This document shows positions 57,812 to 64,000 of a stretch of DNA of 64,000 nt, piece by piece. The notes beneath the pieces are model-generated. The model was not told where the DNA came from. It did no database searches and saw nothing but the letters and a program-made list of their open reading frames with translations. The DNA is taken from IMG/VR virus record IMGVR_UViG_3300034082_001032, one strand, 5' to 3'. Each line of letters begins with the position of its first letter. Within the stretch, counting starts at the first letter, position 1. The translations under genes and the position numbers were made by a program. Source of the stretch: a virus (lineage: Duplodnaviria; Heunggongvirae; Uroviricota; Caudoviricetes; Crassvirales).

Positions 57812-59841
57812 TATGTAAAGAGTTTATTTCTTTTTTGTGTATTAAATAGTCCTCTAGATTCAGAGAACAGTGTATTTTTTGACTTGTTAGCAAACATTGC
57901 CCTCACCCTATCATCTCCTGAACCACCAACTCTGCCCATTATAGGATCCATTTTATATGCCTGAGCAATAGCTAGTTCTGCTGCTACAATACGGTCAAAG
58001 TTACCCTGATCATTATATTGTATCACCTCTTCCAAAAGAACAGGATCAAATATCTTACTCACCCCCATTATTTGTTTAGTTATGTTACCAGCATCATCTT
58101 TCTCTGTTAACACAGTTTCTTCCAAATACTTCTTTAAACAGTTATGAAGATAGTCAATTATCTTTTGAGAACTTCTATGGATACCATACTCACGTTTCAC
58201 CGTAGTGTTAGGTACAATTTCCATCAACCACTGAGGTTGTTTCTCTAGATAGTGAGCATCTCCTTTTGCTTTCATATACTCAATAAATGATATATCATCA
58301 TTCTCACAGAGCGTTCTAGCATTGTAATATTTAATAAGAAGCCTAGCCTGTTCTTCCCACGTTTCCTTCTTATCAGGTCTAGCCACATACGAAGCTACGA
58401 ACATATCCTGATATTTCTCACCTGTAATATCATGCATACGTTTATAAACATAAACTGCTCCCAAAGAGGAGCTATATGCTGATTGTCCCTGTCTATATGG
58501 ATCCACTCCTGCTACATACAACCCATAAGGAGGATTTGCTACAGGAAATTCATATATCACTACGGGAGCATCCTTTAAGTCACTATTCTTCAGAGGAAAG
58601 TTACTGATTGCTTGCTTATCTGTAAAACTGTGTCCAATCTTATCCTCGTCATTGAATAAAATAACAGGAGTGCCCGTACGCTCAGCTTGAAGAAGCCTAG
58701 TCTTTTGCCTCTTGGCAGCTTCAATATCAAATATATTAGTATCCTCGTTAAGGAATATATCATCTACTTCCAATGGATAGTACATCTTTTCTTTAAGATA
58801 TGCTATTCTGTCTCCAGCCTTCTTTAGTCTATCTAAGTTGTTGGTTGTTATTTCTTTTGCTTTCTCCTCATTGCTAACCAACATAGATATTTTGTGTAAA
58901 TCGCTATCAGCTGGTTGTTCAAGAAACGCACCAAGGGTTGAAGGCTCTTTGGCTTCCATTCTATATTTATACGAAATGAACAACCCGTGCACTCGTTTGT
59001 CATCTTTCTCATTATTGTAAGTGAGGAAATTAAAATTATCTACGTCGAACATAAGACTCTTGGCATCCATGAATTTCTTCATATCACCACCAGTACCTGT
59101 AAGAATGGGAGAACAACCCCATCCAAATGGTGTGGTGAAACCAGGGACAGCTGCCTGAAAGCCTCGTAGAAAATTTCCTTTACCAATCTCATCTATAATT
59201 AGTTTACGTGGTTTTGTACCAGCGATTGCTTCTTCATTATTACCTTCATCAAGGTTACGAATGAGGATCTGGGAAAATGGAATTCTTTCTCCTCCCTTTG
59301 TTTTGATTCCCAATGTCACTTGATTCTTCCAATTGTCCTCAATTCTCTGCCATCTCCAAGCTTCTGGAAGAAAGTTTAATCCCTTGTCAATTTTATCTGT
59401 AATTAGTTTAATATCTGGAGCATTCAAACCAGAAATAATATTCTGTGAATTCTCATCAAATGTAGCTCCCCATGCAATGTATGAGCTCTCAATAACCGAC
59501 TTAGCCAAACGTCTTATCCCTAGAATAACAAGTCCTTTCTTTTCGTTCTGAGCTCTATCTATCTCATTTGTTATAATCCACTCATTATCACGTAGATAGG
59601 GGTTTGCATACTTCTGAGAAATACGTCCACGTTCATCTATAATATCCACTTCTGTATTCCAGAAGTTTAGGTGCCAATAAAGAAAGGGATTTATATAAAC
59701 CCCATTCATCATAGCTCCATTTAAACATAAGTCCTTGTGGAAATTAAAAAACTCTCTATGTTCAGAGCTTTCCTTGTCTGGAATTCTTGGCTGATTGATG
59801 AACCAATCTTTATAATCTATTGACTGTATGCTGTTTATCAT
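57811..59841 (-). CDS. terL: Terminase large subunit (676 aa)
   Basis: Deviant Walker A 'LGIRRLAKSVIES', Walker B 'PRKLIIDEIGKG' and the RNaseH-like nuclease motif 'YVAGVDPY' in the C-terminal half. Confidence 0.8.
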   Translation of the reverse strand: MINSIQSIDYKDWFINQPRIPDKESSEHREFFNFHKDLCLNGAMMNGVYINPFLYWHLNFWNTEVDIIDERGRISQKYANPYLRDNEWIITNEIDRAQNEKKGLVILGIRRLAKSVIESSYIAWGATFDENSQNIISGLNAPDIKLITDKIDKGLNFLPEAWRWQRIEDNWKNQVTLGIKTKGGERIPFSQILIRNLDEGNNEEAIAGTKPRKLIIDEIGKGNFLRGFQAAVPGFTTPFGWGCSPILTGTGGDMKKFMDAKSLMFDVDNFNFLTYNNEKDDKRVHGLFISYKYRMEAKEPSTLGAFLEQPADSDLHKISMLVSNEEKAKEITTNNLDRLKKAGDRIAYLKEKMYYPLEVDDIFLNEDTNIFDIEAAKRQKTRLLQAERTGTPVILFNDEDKIGHSFTDKQAISNFPLKNSDLKDAPVVIYEFPVANPPYGLYVAGVDPYRQGQSAYSSSLGAVYVYKRMHDITGEKYQDMFVASYVARPDKKETWEEQARLLIKYYNARTLCENDDISFIEYMKAKGDAHYLEKQPQWLMEIVPNTTVKREYGIHRSSQKIIDYLHNCLKKYLEETVLTEKDDAGNITKQIMGVSKIFDPVLLEEVIQYNDQGNFDRIVAAELAIAQAYKMDPIMGRVGGSGDDRVRAMFANKSKNTLFSESRGLFNTQKRNKLFT

Positions 59842-60173
59842 TATCCTCTACTTTTAAGGAAGTCTTCTGCCATTGATGACAGTTCTCCCTTTCCTCTCAC
59901 CTCCACCTTAGCTTCTTCCATTTTCCTGAGCTTATCCACCACTTCCACTAGAGCTAGGTAGTTCTTCATAGTTTCCTGAACAAACTTACCCTGAGCTTCT
60001 ATAGATGCTATCACCATAGGGAGCATTCCTCCTTTGGCTGTAGGTTTCCACTCAATCCTGTCCTTCAACTCATGAAGGGGATTGGCATCAACATATGCCC
60101 TCCAACTCTTAAGTTGCTCTTCAGCCCACTCAAGTTCTGTATTAATATATGTAGTTTTCTTAATAGTCGCCAT
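59841..60173 (-). CDS. Hypothetical protein (110 aa) directly upstream of terL; possibly a small terminase or packaging accessory protein
   Basis: Position (its ATG overlaps the previous stop) and small helical character only. Confidence 0.3.
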   Translation of the reverse strand: MATIKKTTYINTELEWAEEQLKSWRAYVDANPLHELKDRIEWKPTAKGGMLPMVIASIEAQGKFVQETMKNYLALVEVVDKLRKMEEAKVEVRGKGELSSMAEDFLKSRG

Positions 60174-60444
60174 TATCTTCTTCTTTAAATAGACTATCTA
60201 AATCCATTCCTTCTTTAATTATTCTGTCAAGCTCTTCTGCATCTGTTCTAGGGATGTCCATGTCAAGCTGGCTTATATACTTACTTAACGCAAACACTAG
60301 CTCTCTATCTGTCACTCCCCAAACATCCCCATATCCATCCAGTGCTGTAGCTAGATGTCTACCCATATTATATTCTGGGTAGAGCTTATGTAAGTCTTGG
60401 AGAGCATGTATAGCCTGGTTATAATAATTTGGCTTCTTGCTCAT
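60160..60444 (-). CDS. Hypothetical protein (94 aa)
   Basis: Intact ORF in the small-gene block upstream of terL. Confidence 0.4.
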   Translation of the reverse strand: MSKKPNYYNQAIHALQDLHKLYPEYNMGRHLATALDGYGDVWGVTDRELVFALSKYISQLDMDIPRTDAEELDRIIKEGMDLDSLFKEEDNGDY

Positions 60445-60449
60445 AACTT

Positions 60450-60632
60450 CTATTTTATTAAAATCCCTGCTCTCTTTGCTGCAAGCTCAGACAAGCTTGG
60501 CGCAACAATATCATTCAGGAGCTTTTCAATCTGCTCATTAGCAGCTTTCTTAACTTCTTCTGAAACTCCTGGTGTGGCCACCAAAGCTCCAAGTTTCTCA
60601 ATAACAATCCATGCTTCTACTACAGGGTTCAT
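60450..60632 (-). CDS. Hypothetical small protein (60 aa)
   Basis: Intact ORF. It overlaps the next ORF by 4 nt. Confidence 0.3.
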   Translation of the reverse strand: MNPVVEAWIVIEKLGALVATPGVSEEVKKAANEQIEKLLNDIVAPSLSELAAKRAGILIK

Positions 60633-60880
60633 ATTAGTTGGTTTAAGTCGTCATCATCCGACAGGTTTAGGTCATCCCTATCAATTTCAGGGATGTTGTC
60701 AAAATTATCTTTATACTCATCATCCATATATTCCTTAGAGAAGGAAATTCCTACGGAGTCTTGTTCATCGTCCATTGTTCCTATAATGTCCACATAGTTC
60801 ACACCCTTATCATATAAACCCACAAGAATTTCTATGAACGTATTCAAATGAATCTTCTTAATCTTTATATGATTAGTCAT
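60629..60880 (-). CDS. Hypothetical acidic protein (83 aa)
   Basis: Intact ORF, acidic ('DDEQDS', 'DDDDLNQLI'). Confidence 0.35.
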   Translation of the reverse strand: MTNHIKIKKIHLNTFIEILVGLYDKGVNYVDIIGTMDDEQDSVGISFSKEYMDDEYKDNFDNIPEIDRDDLNLSDDDDLNQLI

Positions 60881-61184
60881 TGCCTAATTCTTTGTGTATT
60901 TCATCAAACTCTTCCTCACCAAGCACTGCCTCCCACTTATCAATTGGACACTTGCAAGACAAACATGCTGTTTTTGCAGAAAGCGTACATCCACAATTTG
61001 TACAATGTAAATCTGGACGAACGCTTTCATATCTTCCTGTAGCCTTCCTATTGTCAGACTGGTAAGAACACTTAGCACAAACACTCAATCTCTCCTCACT
61101 AATGTTCTTAATCTGTTCCTTCAAATGAGACGGAGGAATCAACTTGTTTCTCCACCCTTCGTAAATCTGGGATATGTTCAACAT
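60873..61184 (-). CDS. Cys-rich zinc-ribbon protein (103 aa)
   Basis: 'CAKCSY...HCTNCGC...CLSCKC' gives four CxxC/CxC pairs. The 5' 77 nt overlap the HU gene in another frame, so the true start may be downstream or non-ATG. Confidence 0.4.
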   Translation of the reverse strand: MLNISQIYEGWRNKLIPPSHLKEQIKNISEERLSVCAKCSYQSDNRKATGRYESVRPDLHCTNCGCTLSAKTACLSCKCPIDKWEAVLGEEEFDEIHKELGND

Positions 61185-61524
61185 CTATCTTTGGTTTTAA
61201 TGTCTCTATACCTATTAACGTATTTGCCAGCTTTACAGATGCAGACGCTCTCTTTTGTTCTGAGAGAGCCTCATCATTCATTTGTCTTTCGAACAAATTA
61301 GCCTTACTCAACATCTTCGCCATCTTCCTTTGAGCTTTCTTGTGATTGAAATAAAACTTCCCAAACCCAGAAATCTCCACACTATAATTATTCGCAAGAG
61401 CTTCATTAGCTCCCTGAAACTGATGATTTACAATTGCCTCAATAGTCTTCTCACTTGTCATTGTCTTAACAGCTAAAATCCTAATGAGGTAGTCCTTAAC
61501 GGACATTGACATAGGCTTATCCAT
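61108..61524 (-). CDS. HU/IHF-family DNA-binding protein (138 aa)
   Basis: 'SVKDYLIRILAVKTMTSEKTIEAIVNHQFQGANEALANNYSVEISGFGKFYFNHKKAQ' matches the HU fold signature '...V.L.GFG.F.V..R.AR', including the beta-arm GFGKF. Confidence 0.65.
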   Translation of the reverse strand: MDKPMSMSVKDYLIRILAVKTMTSEKTIEAIVNHQFQGANEALANNYSVEISGFGKFYFNHKKAQRKMAKMLSKANLFERQMNDEALSEQKRASASVKLANTLIGIETLKPKIDVEHIPDLRRVEKQVDSSVSFEGTD

Positions 61525-61879
61525 GACTCACATTTACCTGTAAAACAATATTGTTCTCAAAGTTGAGCGTAATCATAGGATTGACCTTCACCTTACTCCC
61601 ATCCTTCACCAACACACCAATCTTCTTCAGCTTACTAATCATATTATTAATCGTAGGAGCTGAACTCTTATACTTCTTACAGAACTCTTCCCTATTATTA
61701 GAATAAGAAATATTACCCTTAACTGCTGTAAATGCTGTCAACTGAAGTTCTCTCTCTGTCAACTTAAGATCATTAATAGCAGAAATAATCGTGTAATACC
61801 TCTGAGCAACATCAAATGCATCTCCTTCAGCTTTCCTAAGCTTCTGAACAATTACACTTTTATTTACCGTTGGTTCCAT
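61517..61879 (-). CDS. Hypothetical protein (120 aa), possible HTH/winged-helix DNA binder
   Basis: 'APTINNMISKLKKIGVLVKDGSK' is helix-turn-helix-like. Its ATG overlaps the HU stop. Confidence 0.35.
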   Translation of the reverse strand: MEPTVNKSVIVQKLRKAEGDAFDVAQRYYTIISAINDLKLTERELQLTAFTAVKGNISYSNNREEFCKKYKSSAPTINNMISKLKKIGVLVKDGSKVKVNPMITLNFENNIVLQVNVSHG

Positions 61880-61957
61880 ATTTAGATGTCTAATACAAAG
61901 ATAGGAGGAATTAAATCATTGACAAATAACCACTTACATTATTTAATACACTAATTG

Positions 61958-62206
61958 CTATATTATGTCTGAATTATCCACATCCTTCCAAAAAACAACA
62001 ACCACATTAACAAAGAACAATCCCAAAACAACCTCATCCTCTACAGAACCATCTTCTAATGTATATCTCTGAGAAAATATACCAAGCTTATAAAACGGAT
62101 GCTTTAACGTATTAAGCTCTAATTCAATCGTCATCTCATTAGAACCAATATATCCAGAAACAACAGCAATAGAAATCAAAAACAATACAACATATAATAT
62201 TAACAT
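61958..62206 (-). CDS. Small membrane protein (82 aa), first gene of the leftward transcription unit
   Basis: N-terminal transmembrane helix 'MLILYVVLFLISIAVVSGYIG'. Promoter-like motifs lie 40-80 nt upstream. Confidence 0.4.
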   Translation of the reverse strand: MLILYVVLFLISIAVVSGYIGSNEMTIELELNTLKHPFYKLGIFSQRYTLEDGSVEDEVVLGLFFVNVVVVFWKDVDNSDII

Positions 62207-62244
62207 AATAAACCTATTTTAATTCATAACCCACCCACCGCCCT

Positions 62245-62280
62245 CAAAGGTATGTCCATTTACAATAGCTACCAAAAACT
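62245..62280 (-). promoter_or_regulatory. Bacteroidetes sigmaA-type promoter candidate (TTTG-N20-TACCTTTG) driving the leftward (late/structural) unit
   Basis: Minus strand reads gttTTTGgtagctattgtaaatggacaTACCTTTGagg. The -7 box falls at plus 62245..62252 and the -33 TTTG in 'ccaaaaac' (plus ~62272..62277). Confidence 0.45.
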
Positions 62281-62290
62281 TTTTTTTTTA

Positions 62291-62318
62291 AAAACCCCCC
62301 ACCCCCCTTGTAGAAGGG
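62291..62318. repeat. GC-rich element AAAACCCCCCACCCCCCTTGTAGAAGGG, a paralogue of the element at 46111..46135 (AAAACCCCCACCCTAGAAAGGG)
   Basis: The two intergenic copies share 'AAAACCCCC(C)ACCC...TAGAA(A)GGG'. Both can fold CCC...GGG hairpins. Confidence 0.45.
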
Positions 62319-62364
62319 AGAGGAGGCTACTCCACATAGCAACCCCCATCTACAGATTGGGAGT

Positions 62365-62375
62365 GGAGACACCCC
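62365..62375. repeat. 11-mer GGAGACACCCC (also at 51632..51642), preceded in both copies by TGGGAG
   Basis: The exact 11-mer is shared between two intergenic regions of an AT-rich genome. Confidence 0.45.
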
Positions 62376-62414
62376 CCGTCAATCATTTTTTAACAAATTT
62401 AAATCGAAAAGCAA

Positions 62415-62807
62415 ATGAGCGATTTTCAAACAGTGACCATCATTGATGGCAATTTCACAGGAAAAGGTAACTTCAGTGGTTACAATGCAGCAGGTCAAAG
62501 AATTCATGTTCCTGCAAGGCAGATGGAAAATCTCGGTCTGTCAGACAGGAAACAAATTAAGTTTCCTCTTTACGCATTGGTAGTAGAGCGTGAATTCTCA
62601 AGTGTTGATGGTAGTGGTCAACCAACAGGAGAAAAGTTCAAGCGTGCTCAAACAGGCAGCATCTTCCTCAATGAGGATGACATGATGACTGCAGCAAATG
62701 CTGATGACTTGTTGAGACTGAAGACTAAGAATGCACTTGCATCACAAGCAAAGAGCATTGGTTTGACAGATGCAGCAATTAGCAATCTGTTGAGCGTAGC
62801 AATCTAA
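62415..62807 (+). CDS. Hypothetical protein (130 aa), first plus-strand gene after the switch region; possibly an OB-fold/ssDNA-binding-like early protein
   Basis: Intact ORF followed by a hairpin terminator. No confident motif. Confidence 0.45.
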   Translation: MSDFQTVTIIDGNFTGKGNFSGYNAAGQRIHVPARQMENLGLSDRKQIKFPLYALVVEREFSSVDGSGQPTGEKFKRAQTGSIFLNEDDMMTAANADDLLRLKTKNALASQAKSIGLTDAAISNLLSVAI

Positions 62808-62814
62808 AACTAAC

Positions 62815-62853
62815 GAGTTCCTCACTAATCACAGTGGGGAACTCATTTTGTTT
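62815..62853 (+). terminator. Rho-independent terminator candidate
   Basis: GAGTTCC-(16-nt loop)-GGAACTC stem followed by ATTTTGTTT, 8 nt after the stop of 62415..62807. Confidence 0.45.
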
Positions 62854-63074
62854 AACGTTAACTAAAATAAACACGGGTTTTTTGAGGTTTGCGTTAAACA
62901 AAACATGCTATTATATATATGGGTGGGTGTTATGTAACACTTTGGGTGGGGATATTAAGCACGAAATAGATGGTGTAAACACTCTACATGCCTGTTAATC
63001 ACTTGATTAGACAGTTGAAACCAAGGATATTACAACAAAATATATAGCATTATTCATCAATTAAACCAATAGTT

Positions 63075-63224
63075 ATGACAGAGTTTAAAGTTACTTATTT
63101 GTATACAGACTATTCTATTAGATCTGTGTATATTCAAGCTTCATATAAAGAAGAGGCTAGAGTTTTGGTATATAGTCGTACAGAAGGTTGTGTTCAAACT
63201 CTTTCTGCTGAATACACATCATAA
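63075..63224 (+). CDS. Small ORF (49 aa), hypothetical
   Basis: Manual translation gives 'MTEFKVTYLYTDYSIRSVYIQASYKEEARVLVYSRTEGCVQTLSAEYTS'. It ends in a hairpin terminator. Confidence 0.3.
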   Translation: MTEFKVTYLYTDYSIRSVYIQASYKEEARVLVYSRTEGCVQTLSAEYTS

Positions 63225-63250
63225 GAGCCTGTTATGGGCTCTTTTCATTT
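63224..63250 (+). terminator. Rho-independent terminator candidate
   Basis: AGAGCC-tgttatg-GGCTCT followed by TTTCATTT. Confidence 0.45.
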
Positions 63251-63436
63251 GAACAAACAGATGGGTTGAATAAACCAAGCTTGTGGTAAAGCAGTTTGTT
63301 CTTTTATTACCTTAGAAGCGAGGTATGGAGTGGATATAATGCGAAGTGAAACCACTCTTTTTTAATGCACCATTTCAGCTTCCCAAGGGCTGACAGATTG
63401 TAAACCAGGAAATATGCAGCTTGCTTAGTAATAAGC

Positions 63437-63793
63437 ATGATTAGTCCATACCATGTGGAGTGCAAAAATATCAGGTTGGTGTTACATTCTGAGTGCAGAG
63501 GGAAATTATACATGATTGGAGGTTATACATGCTCCCAAGCAGGTGCAAAGCCTGCATTTTTCTTTTGTCACCAATTAAATCAATTAGTTATGTATGAAGT
63601 GCATCTATTAGATAATAATCGTGCTAATGCTCTTCGTGTTATTGAAATTCCTATTATTCCTAGAAAGGGGGATTTCTTTACATTAGAAGACAATAGAGTG
63701 CATGTTAGGTATTTAGTGTTAGACGTTAATTATGTTCATAACATACAGGCTGCAACATTTACAGTGATGTTATGTGTAGCTGCTAAAGGATAA
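63437..63793 (+). CDS. Hypothetical protein (118 aa)
   Basis: Intact ORF. It contains a 'CxxxxxC...C' pattern. No family recognised. Confidence 0.4.
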   Translation: MISPYHVECKNIRLVLHSECRGKLYMIGGYTCSQAGAKPAFFFCHQLNQLVMYEVHLLDNNRANALRVIEIPIIPRKGDFFTLEDNRVHVRYLVLDVNYVHNIQAATFTVMLCVAAKG

Positions 63794-63819
63794 TTAGTCA
63801 CCAATTTAAAACCAAATAT

Positions 63820-63999
63820 ATGTCACAATCATTTGAAACATTGTTGTTAGAAGTTAGGGATTCTATTGAGCAATCAATGACACCATCACAGCTCACTTCC
63901 ACCCTCATGATGGCTCTTAAGAAAGCTGAAGAGCTTGAGGAAGAATGGATTAATGAGCTGTATGAGAATAATGATGGGTTTCAATCATTTATTTATTAA
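63820..63999 (+). CDS. Small acidic ORF (59 aa), hypothetical
   Basis: Manual translation gives 'MSQSFETLLLEVRDSIEQSMTPSQLTSTLMMALKKAEELEEEWINELYENNDGFQSFIY', stopping at 63997..63999. Confidence 0.3.
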   Translation: MSQSFETLLLEVRDSIEQSMTPSQLTSTLMMALKKAEELEEEWINELYENNDGFQSFIY

Positions 64000-64000
64000 A

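Noticed and set aside
1-64000. Integrase, attachment site, reverse transcriptase/DGR or alternative genetic-code signals
   Set aside because: No tyrosine or serine recombinase, RT, or TR/VR repeat pair is recognisable. All giant ORFs are intact in the standard code, so there is no evidence for lysogeny, a DGR or stop-codon reassignment within this window.

Overview
The window is AT-rich and reads as the late (virion) arm of a crAss-like (Crassvirales-type) phage of a Bacteroidetes host. About 62 kb of tightly packed genes run on the minus strand from ~62206 down to position 1, with several stop/start overlaps. Small plus-strand ORFs begin after a divergent switch region at 62207..62414.

Reading in the direction of transcription, the recognisable order is: HU-like DNA-binding protein, zinc-ribbon ORF and small ORFs; large terminase (deviant Walker A 'GIRRLAKS', Walker B 'LIIDE'); portal (861 aa, Q-rich C-terminus); SPFH/band-7 domain protein; acidic scaffold-like protein; major capsid protein (517 aa); a tail module. 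The tail module includes a tail-collar-domain fibre, a metallophosphoesterase and a 1565-aa tail protein. It is followed by a run of giant virion proteins of 1063, 860, 3839 and 1555 aa. The 3839-aa protein carries an 'AGSDFDID' motif resembling the 'NADFDGD' catalytic loop of two-barrel RNA polymerases, which is the crAss-like virion RNAP hallmark.

Next comes a 2590-aa mosaic tail fibre. It has an N-terminal Cys-motif anchor, collagen-like G-S/T triplet blocks, about 70 17-residue YadA-head-like repeats and a C-terminal S74 intramolecular-chaperone domain.

The most unusual content lies at the distal end of this operon (1..4595), directly after the fibre gene. It is a glycan-modification cluster. 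It encodes three glycosyltransferases (GT4, GT-A fold, GT9), an FkbM methyltransferase, a sulfotransferase and the N-terminus of an APS kinase, which is the PAPS-supply enzyme. Several tail proteins carry poly-Thr/Ser linkers and a shared paralogous N-terminal module, and four end in the dipeptide '-IP'. Together these suggest a phage-encoded system for glycosylating or sulfating its own mucin-like fibre linkers, with modular fibre exchange.

Two Bacteroidetes-type promoters (TTTG-N19/20-TAnnTTTG) sit upstream of the capsid block and in the switch region. Intergenic regions also hold repeated GC-rich motifs ('GGAGACACCCC', 'AAAACCCCCACCC...TAGAAGGG'), hairpin terminators and a perfect 19-nt palindrome.

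No tRNA, CRISPR array, integrase or reverse transcriptase is visible. All functional calls rest on motif recognition by eye, and coordinates of hand-located features may be off by 1-2 nt.
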